From a virus (Duplodnaviria; Caudoviricetes), in the IMG/VR virus record IMGVR_UViG_3300027857_000485, positions 1-62,156 of that record: a stretch of DNA of 62,156 nt; one strand, given 5' to 3'. Position numbers and translations under genes: made by a program. Shown in pieces: positions 16,888-24,854 of this stretch (position 1 is the stretch's first letter; every line of letters begins with the position of its first letter). The notes under the pieces were generated by a model that had not been told where the DNA came from, did not search any database, and worked only from the letters and a program-made list of their open reading frames with translations.

Positions 16888-17112
16888 ATGCTTATCGTCG
16901 ATCTCTCCATAGAGCGCATCCGCGCATACCGCCGATATCTCGGCATGAACGTCTCGGAGTTCGCCCGCCATCTGGGCGTCTACGAGGCCCTGATCCGCCA
17001 CATGGACAAGCCGAACTGGAGCCCGACCGCCGACACGCTGCGGCGCCTAGAGCGGCCCATTCCTGACGACTTCATGCCGCCCGGCGTCAAGATCGAGAGG
17101 GAGGCCGCGTAA
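16888..17112 (+). CDS. cro: Cro-like HTH protein
   Basis: 74 aa; GMNVSEFARHLGV HTH, WSPTADTLRRLE; divergent from cI. Confidence 0.85.
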   Translation: MLIVDLSIERIRAYRRYLGMNVSEFARHLGVYEALIRHMDKPNWSPTADTLRRLERPIPDDFMPPGVKIEREAA

Positions 17113-17231
17113 TGCTGTCTCGCCCGCGCCTTTTGAAGCATATGTCCCCGAGTTCAATGAGCGCGGGGATCGCGGGCATCTTTTTTAACGAATGCCGCGA
17201 TCCCGCGGGGCTCTCGGCGAGGTGTCTGTGA
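17112..17231 (+). CDS. 39-aa ORF coupled at both ends, spanning a hairpin (17163-17206)
   Basis: TAATG and TGATG overlaps; below the length cutoff of the ORF track. Confidence 0.35.
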   Translation: MLSRPRLLKHMSPSSMSAGIAGIFFNECRDPAGLSARCL

Positions 17232-17875
17232 TGGCTGTGCCGACGATTCGCCGATACGGCACGAATACGTTGAGCGGCGAACGCGGAATCCACCTCCGCG
17301 CCGCTCGCAATGCCATCGCCCCTTCGGCTTTCACCGCCGGTCGCATTGCCTTTCTTCCGCGTCGCCATGTCGAACTCTCCGCATCGTTGATCCATGAGCG
17401 GAAAGCTACCCCGCAGAGCTCGGAACTGTCGTTCACCCTGGGAGGAACTTCGGTTCCTCTGACGGAGGCCGACATCGACGAAATCTTCCTGCCGGTGCTG
17501 CGCGAGCTGCCGGTGAAGGCGCTGGCCGCCATGACCGGCCTGTCCGAGCGCGCGATCGTGAAGCTGCGCAATCGGGACGGGCGCCCGAGCCTCGCCACCG
17601 CGCTCAACCTGGCGCTGGCCGACGCCGCCACCATGACGCGGCTCGAAAGCCGCCTTCGCGGGCGCAGCGCGCTTCTGAAGCAACAGATCGCGCAGACCGA
17701 TCTCGAAATTGCGCTGCTCCAAGCCAAGCGAAAGGAATTGCTCGATGCGTCGCGTCATGGCCGCCCGGATCAGCGGGGCACTCCTTTGGCTGAGCGTCAG
17801 GTTCAACCGGGCATCCGATCGGCTGAACGCCTGGGCGGACTGGTGGCTCGACTGGGGCGCGGAGTGACGAAATGA
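17231..17875 (+). CDS. CII-position HTH regulator with coiled coil
   Basis: VKALAAMTGLSERAIVKLRN HTH; position after cro. Confidence 0.6.
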   Translation: MAVPTIRRYGTNTLSGERGIHLRAARNAIAPSAFTAGRIAFLPRRHVELSASLIHERKATPQSSELSFTLGGTSVPLTEADIDEIFLPVLRELPVKALAAMTGLSERAIVKLRNRDGRPSLATALNLALADAATMTRLESRLRGRSALLKQQIAQTDLEIALLQAKRKELLDASRHGRPDQRGTPLAERQVQPGIRSAERLGGLVARLGRGVTK

Positions 17876-18339
17876 AGATCGGCGCCGCCCAGATCCGCGA
17901 GGCCCGCGGCCAGGACTTCATCCAGGCCGCCCATCTGATCTCCGACGCGCACCGCGCCGCCGGCACGCTCGATGAGCATTACGAGCCTTGGGCCGTCGAG
18001 GGCCGGCTGAGCGACCTGCGCATTGCCAAGGGCATCCTGCTGGTCGCCGACATCGAAGGCGGCATCGTCGCCTGCGGCGGCATCGTTCCCGCCAGCTTCG
18101 CGCGCCATACCTGGACACTCTGCCTGGGCGCGACCCGTCCCGATCTGCAGGGCCACGGCCTCGGCCACCAACTGGTGACACGCCGCCTCGACATCGCCGC
18201 CCGCGAAGGTGCTGGCATCGTGCTGGTCAGCAGCGTCAACCCGGCGCGCTGGGCGCGGTACGGCTTCAAGCAGCAGTTCGTCAACCCGGTGACTGGCGCG
18301 CATCTGATGGCGCTCCGGTTCGATAATGGGAGGCATTGA
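17872..18339 (+). CDS. GNAT family N-acetyltransferase
   Basis: Acetyl-CoA motif PDLQGHGLGHQL; WARYGF. Confidence 0.85.
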   Translation: MKIGAAQIREARGQDFIQAAHLISDAHRAAGTLDEHYEPWAVEGRLSDLRIAKGILLVADIEGGIVACGGIVPASFARHTWTLCLGATRPDLQGHGLGHQLVTRRLDIAAREGAGIVLVSSVNPARWARYGFKQQFVNPVTGAHLMALRFDNGRH

Positions 18340-18746
18340 TGACGGTCTCGACCCTTCCGCCCTTCGATAACAAGCCGGCCGTGGCCATTCGCATGCTGAT
18401 GGCCGATGCCATTCCGCAGCGCGCCGCCGACGGCAAGTTCGCCAAACGCAAACACCTGGAGCGCGATTGCCTGCACGAGATGATGCGCCGACAGATCGCC
18501 GCGCCCGCCGCCGAGCGCACCACCCCGGAACCGCAGAAACCCGCCGTCGCCCAGGCCGTGGAGCGTCGTTTCGTCACCGCCCCCAAGAAGCGCCGCAGCG
18601 TCGCCGCCGTCGGACGCGCCGCGTGCGTCATCGTCGGCGTTGCCAGCATCGTCGCGGGTCTTGCGATCGATGGCGCGGCATTCGGTGCCCTGGCCAGCCT
18701 GCCCGTGCCGAAGCTGCTGGCGACCGCGCTGGGGAGGGGGATCTGA
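18339..18746 (+). CDS. Hypothetical protein with C-terminal hydrophobic segment
   Basis: TGATG-coupled. Confidence 0.55.
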   Translation: MTVSTLPPFDNKPAVAIRMLMADAIPQRAADGKFAKRKHLERDCLHEMMRRQIAAPAAERTTPEPQKPAVAQAVERRFVTAPKKRRSVAAVGRAACVIVGVASIVAGLAIDGAAFGALASLPVPKLLATALGRGI

Positions 18747-19913
18747 TGAAGCTCGACCTCGACGAATTTTCCCTGACCGGCAATCCGCGCCTTCGTATCG
18801 CACTGCTGCAAGAACTCCTCGGCCACACCAGCGACACGCGCCTGGCGCTCGAAGTCGCTCGCGAGGCCGAAAGCTGGATCAACGGCAAGGTCGAGTCCGC
18901 CGCAGAAATGATCACGCCGAACCTGCTGATCGAGATCGTGCGCCCGCTGGTGGCGGAGCTGGTCTGCCAGCATCTGGGGGCGCTGGCCGACAAGGAAAGC
19001 GTATCGGCGTCCAAAGAGCCCATCGTCATATCGGTGATGGACGGCGCTGAAAGGGCGGGCGAAGCGGGTTCGATCGCAGGTATATCTGATACCGTTCATA
19101 CCCATGCAGCCGCGCCGCGTGACTGCGCGCGCGAGCCCCAGACACCCCCCCCCCGATTCCGAAGGTGCTTCGGCGCAACCGCATCTGTCGAAAGCCCCTC
19201 CCGGACCAGCGCCGGAAGCCGCCAATTTCCTGCGCCGCCACGACGCCACTATCAAGGATATGGCGAATTCGGGATCGACCTACGAGGCAATCGCCGATGC
19301 CACCGGCCTTTCTTCCGGTTATGTGCGGATGCGCGCCAAGGAGCTCGGCTGTTCGCTGCGCGCGTCAGGACCAGCCAAAGGGACCCTCTGCCGTCCCGAG
19401 CCAACGGCGGCGCCCCAACCCTCCGCCGATTCCAAGGAAGGTCTTTCGGGTTCGCACCTTCGCGCTTTGATCGAGCTGAAAAAGCTTGGCGGCGCCGTGT
19501 TCTCGGCCGCCGATCTCAAACGGATCATGCCGGGCTGCGATGCTGCGGCGAATGCGATTCTTTCCGCTCTGTGCCGGGCGAAACACATCGAGCGCGTCGA
19601 TTTCGGCCGCTACCAGATCCCGGGCGCCAAGGGCTTCGATGCCAAGTCGAGCGAGGCGCAGGACATGATTGAGCGCCATATCGCCAGCAAGGGCGTTTCG
19701 ACCCAGCCGGACTTCGGCGACAAGACCATCAACGAGCTCTATTCGGCGCTCATCATTCGCGGCCACAGTCTCTGCAAGACCGCCAACAAGAAGTTCTTCC
19801 TGGGCGACGGCTACAAGCAAATGAGCCGGGCCGACACGATTACCTGGATGCGCGAGATCATCGCCCGTGAGCGCCCCGTGAAGGAAATCGCCGGTGCGAG
19901 GGGAGCGGCCTGA
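18746..19913 (+). pseudogene. Multi-HTH protein split by a C10 homopolymer (19145-19154)
   Basis: 5' part (MKLDLDEF...) and 3' part (STYEAIADATGLSSGYV HTH, wHTH-like HIERVDFGRY) lie in different frames; C9 or C12 would give one 388/389-aa ORF coupled at both ends. Confidence 0.7.
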
Positions 19914-20110
19914 TGCCCGCCATCGATCCCGTCAGCGAAGTCTTCGTGATCGCCGCCGCCGTCATGGTGCTGCTTCTGGCCTTGGTCTGCGCCGGCATGG
20001 CCTTCACCGACTGGCTCACTCGCCGGCGGCATTACCGCGATGTCGAGCGCTGCATCATCGCGGCCCGCAAGGAAGCCGGCCAGATCGGGAGGCATGAATG
20101 CTTGTACTGA
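19913..20110 (+). CDS. Small membrane protein
   Basis: One TM helix; TGATG-coupled. Confidence 0.55.
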   Translation: MPAIDPVSEVFVIAAAVMVLLLALVCAGMAFTDWLTRRRHYRDVERCIIAARKEAGQIGRHECLY

Positions 20111-20340
20111 CATTCACCGCCTGCCTGCTGGCCAATTCCAGCGCCTGCCGCACCGTCGAGCTTCAGCCCGTCGCCATCTATGACCTCGGCTTCGGCAAGC
20201 AGATCGAGCGGCCCATGACCATGGCGCAGTGCCAAATGGGACAGGCGGAATTCCCGATCGCGCAATGGCTGGCCGACAACCCCGGTCATCAGCGCATCGG
20301 CGGATGGACCTGCGACAGCAGGCCGAAGAAGGAGATTTGA
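20098..20340 (+). CDS. Small Cys-containing, probably exported protein
   Basis: LVLTFTACLL..SAC, 4 Cys, W.C motif. Confidence 0.65.
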   Translation: MLVLTFTACLLANSSACRTVELQPVAIYDLGFGKQIERPMTMAQCQMGQAEFPIAQWLADNPGHQRIGGWTCDSRPKKEI

Positions 20341-20346
20341 CGAGAA

Positions 20347-20416
20347 GCGCCGAGCCCGTGCGGAAGCGGGCGAAAGCGCGGGGGTGCCGGCAGGTGTGAG
20401 AAGCGGCCGGCACCCC
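20347..20416 (+). ncRNA. Structured RNA element upstream of the tRNA pair
   Basis: GCGC/GCGC and GCCCG/CGGGC stems with a CGA/GAAA internal loop, then an 11-bp perfect stem GGGGTGCCGGC/GCCGGCACCCC. Confidence 0.4.
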
Positions 20417-20425
20417 TCCGAGAAA

Positions 20426-20501
20426 GGGCCGATAGCTCAGTTGGGAGAGCGCTCGCTTTGCAAGCCTGAGGTCGCCGGTTCGATCCCGGCTCGGTCCACC
20501 A
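20426..20501 (+). tRNA. tRNA-Ala(TGC) with imperfect anticodon stem
   Basis: Cloverleaf, G3:U70 Ala determinant, TTCGA T-loop, encoded CCA; anticodon stem CTCGC/GCCTG has 2 mismatches. Confidence 0.85.
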
Positions 20502-20506
20502 AGGTT

Positions 20507-20583
20507 CGGGATTTAGCGCAGCCAGGTAGCGCGCCGCATTTGGGATGCAGAGGTCGCCGGTTCGAATCCGGCAATCCAGACCA
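20507..20583 (+). tRNA. tRNA-Pro(TGG) with mismatches
   Basis: Cloverleaf, C1:G72, A73, encoded CCA; G2:A71 and C28:A42 mismatches. Confidence 0.85.
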
Positions 20584-20667
20584 CCATCACCCAGCCCCAG
20601 ATCCGGCCTGAAAACCGGACTGGGGCCTCGGCATCAGCAGACCAACCCCGCTTCGGAGGGCCACCCC

Positions 20668-21537
20668 ATGACCGACAATGTGCATGTTTTCAACGACGCC
20701 CAGCTGACCCCGGCGCAGAAGGCCTATTTCGCCGAACGCTACGCCATCGAATGCGAGATCGACGATCTCAAGGCCGAACACATCGCGCCGCTGAACGAGG
20801 ATCTGAAGGCCCTCAAGGGTAAGTTCAAGGCCGAGTCCGGCATCGACCTCAAGGTCAGCAACGCGCTGTACGCCCTCTACAAGCTGGACCGCAGCGCGTC
20901 GCGCCTGCTGGAGAAAGAGGACGAGGAGAAGCGCCGCGACGATCTGGAACGCTGCGCCGGCGCCCTGGCCAAGGGCATGCAGCTCGATTGGTTTTCGGAG
21001 GAGGCGTTCAAAGCGTCCAAGCGCCGCGCCGCAGAGCCCGATCCGATGTTGGAGGAAGAGCCCGGTCCCCAGATCGACGATGAGGGCGAGACCGGCCATT
21101 GCGACGACGAAGAGCGCGCGCCGGCCGGGCCTGCCGAATTGACCTTCGCCAGCGCTGAGCGGGAAGAAGGCGACCCCATGCTCGAAGATACCGCGCAGGC
21201 CTGGGAAGATGGCGCCGCGGCCGATCAGGGCAACGCGGAACACCTCGACCAGGGCGGTCACATCTTCGCCGAGGGCAAGGAAGCTGGGCGGGCCGGGATG
21301 CTTTCCGAGGACAACCCCTATGAAGCCAGCGAAGGCGGCGAGCTCTGGGAGCGCGGCCGGGCGATGGGCTTCAAGCAGTTCCTCGACGCCGAAGCCAAGG
21401 CGGTCGCCGATGACCATGAGGCCGAGGAGGGCGAGGGCGCCGAGGTCGTCAATCTGTTCGGTGATGACGACGGCGTCGAGATACCGGCTGGCGAGGCGCT
21501 TGGCGCCGAACGTCCGGCTTTCCCGGCCGCCATCTGA
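20668..21537 (+). CDS. GapR/DUF2312-like N-terminus, acidic linker and RMF-like motif
   Basis: YFAER..IE.EIDDL....EDLKALK..FKAESGIDLK pattern; FAEGKEAGRAG....NPY......WERG; RBS GGAGG. Confidence 0.55.
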   Translation: MTDNVHVFNDAQLTPAQKAYFAERYAIECEIDDLKAEHIAPLNEDLKALKGKFKAESGIDLKVSNALYALYKLDRSASRLLEKEDEEKRRDDLERCAGALAKGMQLDWFSEEAFKASKRRAAEPDPMLEEEPGPQIDDEGETGHCDDEERAPAGPAELTFASAEREEGDPMLEDTAQAWEDGAAADQGNAEHLDQGGHIFAEGKEAGRAGMLSEDNPYEASEGGELWERGRAMGFKQFLDAEAKAVADDHEAEEGEGAEVVNLFGDDDGVEIPAGEALGAERPAFPAAI

Positions 21538-21549
21538 GGCGTTCGGGTG

Positions 21550-21930
21550 ATGGGGGAGAGACGCGCGCAGCAGCACCGGTTCGTCATCCTGGGCGAACCG
21601 GCCTCGAAGGCGAACAGCCGCAAGCTGGTGCTGATCGGTGGAAAGCCGCGCTTCATCAAGAGCAAGAAGGCGCTGGATTGGCTGAAGCAAGCCGACAAGC
21701 AGGTAAGGCGCCTGCCGGTGCTTCTGTCCGGCCCGCTGGTGATCTATTGCCGGATTTTCTACGCCTCGCAGCGCCCCGACCTCGACCCGTCGCTGATCTT
21801 CGATTTCCTGCAGGAGCGCGTCTACGAAAACGACCGGCAGCTGCGCGAACAGCATCTCTACCACGCGATCGACCGGGAAAATCCCAGGACCGAGATCGTC
21901 ATCGAGGCTTTTGAACCATGTCTGATTTGA
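21550..21930 (+). CDS. rusA: RusA-like Holliday junction resolvase
   Basis: GEPASKANSR, RPDLD, D..Q.RVYENDRQ and DRENPRTEI motifs. Confidence 0.8.
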   Translation: MGERRAQQHRFVILGEPASKANSRKLVLIGGKPRFIKSKKALDWLKQADKQVRRLPVLLSGPLVIYCRIFYASQRPDLDPSLIFDFLQERVYENDRQLREQHLYHAIDRENPRTEIVIEAFEPCLI

Positions 21931-22661
21931 TCAAAGCAGTTGGCTCGGCAAAGAGCGATGTGCGGCGCGCCCTTGCTGTTTCTCGGCTGCTTAATAGCTC
22001 GGCCGCATGGCTGAGCATGGTGGTCTTTGACGGCGAGCCGCGCACCAAGGCCGCGGCATATCGAGAACATCATGCGCCTGAAGCTGCAGCACTCAAAAAG
22101 CGGCTGTCGCAATGTTTTCCTAAGCCTGTGCAGGGAAACATCGCCGTTGGCTGCATATTCTTTCGGTCGGACCATCACCGGGTCGACTCCGACAATATGA
22201 TGAAGCAGGTTCTCGATTCTGCGACGGGCATCTGCTGGAACGACGATTGCCAAGTCACCGCGCAGCTTGGGTTGGTCGAGTTTGATCCTGATCGGCCGCG
22301 CACGGTGATCCTGATCGGCCCGCATTCCAGCTCCATGAACCGCGGGATCAGGACCAAAAATTGCGCAGCATGCGGCGTGGAGTTCGTGCCGGCATATTTC
22401 AACCGTCGATATTGCTCCGACGAATGCTCCGGCACCCGTTACGGCAAGCTTCTCCAGACCGTCGCCTGCGCCTACTGCGGACAAGTGTTTCGCCGCAAGC
22501 GACAGGCGCAGCGACACTGTTCCTCGGCATGTCAGGTTGCGGCTCTTGCGACCAATAAGCGTGCCATGGCGAAGCCGTTGCCACGCTGCCAATCCTGCGG
22601 CGCCGAACTAAGCCGGCATGGTTATGCAAAATGCCGCGCCTGCTGGAGGGCCGGCAAATGA
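21918..22661 (+). CDS. Second RusA-like nuclease fused to tandem Zn-finger repeats
   Basis: RVDSDNMMKQVLD...WNDDCQV; C-terminal CxxC...YCSxxC repeats. Confidence 0.75.
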   Translation: MSDLIKAVGSAKSDVRRALAVSRLLNSSAAWLSMVVFDGEPRTKAAAYREHHAPEAAALKKRLSQCFPKPVQGNIAVGCIFFRSDHHRVDSDNMMKQVLDSATGICWNDDCQVTAQLGLVEFDPDRPRTVILIGPHSSSMNRGIRTKNCAACGVEFVPAYFNRRYCSDECSGTRYGKLLQTVACAYCGQVFRRKRQAQRHCSSACQVAALATNKRAMAKPLPRCQSCGAELSRHGYAKCRACWRAGK

Positions 22662-22783
22662 TCGTCTACACCGACGACGCCCTGATCATCGAACTTCGAG
22701 CCCGGAAGGTTTACGGCGAGACCCCGAAGACCATCGTCGAGGTCTGGCTGGAGGCCGAGCGGGCGAAGGCGAGGGCGGCATGA
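22658..22783 (+). CDS. 41-aa hypothetical protein
   Basis: ATGA overlaps at both ends (MIVYTDDALIIELRARK...). Confidence 0.5.
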   Translation: MIVYTDDALIIELRARKVYGETPKTIVEVWLEAERAKARAA

Positions 22784-23400
22784 ACGCGCTTCTATTCGAC
22801 AATCTGCCGAGGCTACATCGGCGCCTGACCGCTCCACCGCGTCGCCGTTCGCCCAGGCCGCGCGATGACGTCCATCCCTGGCCGCTTCAGCACGGCATCA
22901 ACGTCGTCCTGTTCGCCGGCATGGGCGGCGCGTGCCAGGGAATCGAGCGCACCGGCTCGCCCGTGCACGTCGCCGTCAATCACGACAGGATCGCCATCGC
23001 CGAAATGGAAGTACCGCCGCTCACGCCAGAGCAATGGGCCAAGGCCCGGCGCGTCGCTGAATTCCTGCGGTCGCACGGTGTGTGGAATGGCGGCGAGATC
23101 GTAACCGTCGGCCCCTACGTGATTATCGGTCTGCTGATGCGGATGCTGACCGGACGTGAGGCGGCAGCGGCTCATCAGCTGGATCTGCCGGCGACGATCC
23201 GGGTCTTCGAAAAACCGAAACGGGGCGCGACCCTGGTAGATCCGGATGCCGTGCCGGACGAGTTCGGCAGGGTCTGGATCGATCGGCCGCTGACCAAGAC
23301 GGAAACCTTCCGCCTGGTCGGCAACAGCGTGCCGCGCGAGATGTCCGAATTGCTGTGGCGCGCCAATGTGCCGCAGGCCTTCGCGGAGGCCGCTGAATGA
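22780..23400 (+). pseudogene. C5 cytosine methyltransferase with in-frame internal deletion
   Basis: Motif I LFAGMGG, AVNHD, motif IX MRML..RE and motif X VGNSVP present; catalytic PC (IV) and ENV (VI) absent; about 206 aa. Confidence 0.75.
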
Positions 23401-24854
23401 CCTCCGCCCTCCTCACCGAGCTCGACATCAACCCCGAGCGCATGGCCGAATCCTATGATGCCTTCCTCGCGCGCAAGCAGAACGTCGCGCCGTCGATCGG
23501 CTTCGATCCCGGCAATACCCTGCCGCCATTCCTAAAGCCCTTCCAGCGCGACATCGTGCGCTGGGCACTACGCCGCGGCCGCGCCGCCCTATTCGAGGGA
23601 ACCGGCCTCGGCAAGACTGTGCAGCAGCTGTCCTGGGCGCGCGCCGTTGCGCACGAAACCCAAGGTCGTGTTCTGGTGTTCGCGCCCCTCGGCGTGGCCC
23701 GGCAGACGGTTGAGGAAGAAGCGCCGAAATGGGGCTTCGATGGTGTGCGCTACGCCGAGAGCCAGAAGACCGCGGCCGGCGACATCGTCGTCACCAATTA
23801 CGAGCGCCTGGCCAGCTTCGACCCGTCCGACTTCGCCGGTGTCGTCCTCGACGAAAGCGGCATCATCAAGGACGCGTCGGGCAAGACCAGAATGGAAATC
23901 ACCGACGCCTGCCGGCAGACCTTCTACAAGCTGTGCGCCTCCGCTACCCCGGCGCCGAACGATTACACTGAGCTGGGAACGCATGCCGAATTCCTCGACG
24001 TGATGAGCGAGAAGGAAATGCTCGCCATGTATTTCGTCCATGAGGGATCGGTGCGCGCCGACCCCAACGGCGAAGAGTGGCGGCTGAAGCGTCACGCGGC
24101 CTCCGACTTCTGGCGCTGGGTGGCGTCCTGGGCGGTCGTGATCCAGAACCCGAACGACCTTGGCTATGACGAGCCGGGCTATCATCTGCCGCCGCTGCAT
24201 CTGCATCAGGTCACGGTAGCCACCGAAGCGCGCCCCCTGGCGGGGATGTTGTTCCCGGTGGCCGCGCAGACCCTGCAGGACCGGATCGCCGTGCGCCGCG
24301 ACACCGTGAAAGAGCGCGCCGAGGCGGCGGCGAGGATCATCGCCGAGAACGGCCCTGACGACGCTTGGGCGGTCTGGTGCAACCTCAATGACGAAGCCGA
24401 TGCGATCCGCGCCCTGGTGCCCGGCCTGGTCGAGGTGCGCGGCAGCGACAAGCCCGAGCTGAAGGCTGAGCGCCTGATCGGGTTCGCGCATGGCGAGCCG
24501 CGCATGATCCTGACCAAGCCGAAAATCGCCTCGCGCGGCATGAACTGGCAGCACTGCCGCAAGTTCGTCTGCGTCGGCCTCAATGACAGCTTCGAGCAGC
24601 TGTTCCAGCTGATCCGCCGCTTCTGGCGCTTCGGCCAGGAGCAGGACGTACACGGCTGGCTCATCGCTTCCGAACTGGAGGGCGCGGTCGTCGCCAACCT
24701 CAAGAAGAAGGAGGCGAAGTACGACGCCATGATGGCCGCGATGGTCGATCACATGAAAGACCTCTCAACCGCAGAAATTCGCGGCGGCCGGCAGACCGCC
24801 TCAACCTACGAACCCACTCAACCGATGGAGCTTCCCAGATGGATGGCGGCGTGA
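23397..24854 (+). CDS. SNF2-like helicase
   Basis: GTGLGKT, LDES, SATPAPND, GMNWQ and Q.IRRFWRFGQ motifs. Confidence 0.9.
   Translation: MTSALLTELDINPERMAESYDAFLARKQNVAPSIGFDPGNTLPPFLKPFQRDIVRWALRRGRAALFEGTGLGKTVQQLSWARAVAHETQGRVLVFAPLGVARQTVEEEAPKWGFDGVRYAESQKTAAGDIVVTNYERLASFDPSDFAGVVLDESGIIKDASGKTRMEITDACRQTFYKLCASATPAPNDYTELGTHAEFLDVMSEKEMLAMYFVHEGSVRADPNGEEWRLKRHAASDFWRWVASWAVVIQNPNDLGYDEPGYHLPPLHLHQVTVATEARPLAGMLFPVAAQTLQDRIAVRRDTVKERAEAAARIIAENGPDDAWAVWCNLNDEADAIRALVPGLVEVRGSDKPELKAERLIGFAHGEPRMILTKPKIASRGMNWQHCRKFVCVGLNDSFEQLFQLIRRFWRFGQEQDVHGWLIASELEGAVVANLKKKEAKYDAMMAAMVDHMKDLSTAEIRGGRQTASTYEPTQPMELPRWMAA

Noticed and set aside
13790-16900. Alphaproteobacterial LexA box (GTTC-N7-GTTC) or CtrA box controlling the switch
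   Set aside because: None found by eye in the intergenic parts; a PWM scan is needed to exclude degenerate sites
20336-20416. Hammerhead ribozyme (TGACGA...GAAA) or c-di-GMP riboswitch
   Set aside because: The core lacks CUGANGA directly adjoining stem II, and stems I/III could not be built; riboswitch consensus not matched; kept only as a generic structured RNA
20426-20583. tRNAs as the prophage attachment site
   Set aside because: They lie inside the early operon, far from int, and no duplicated 3' fragment was seen at the window ends
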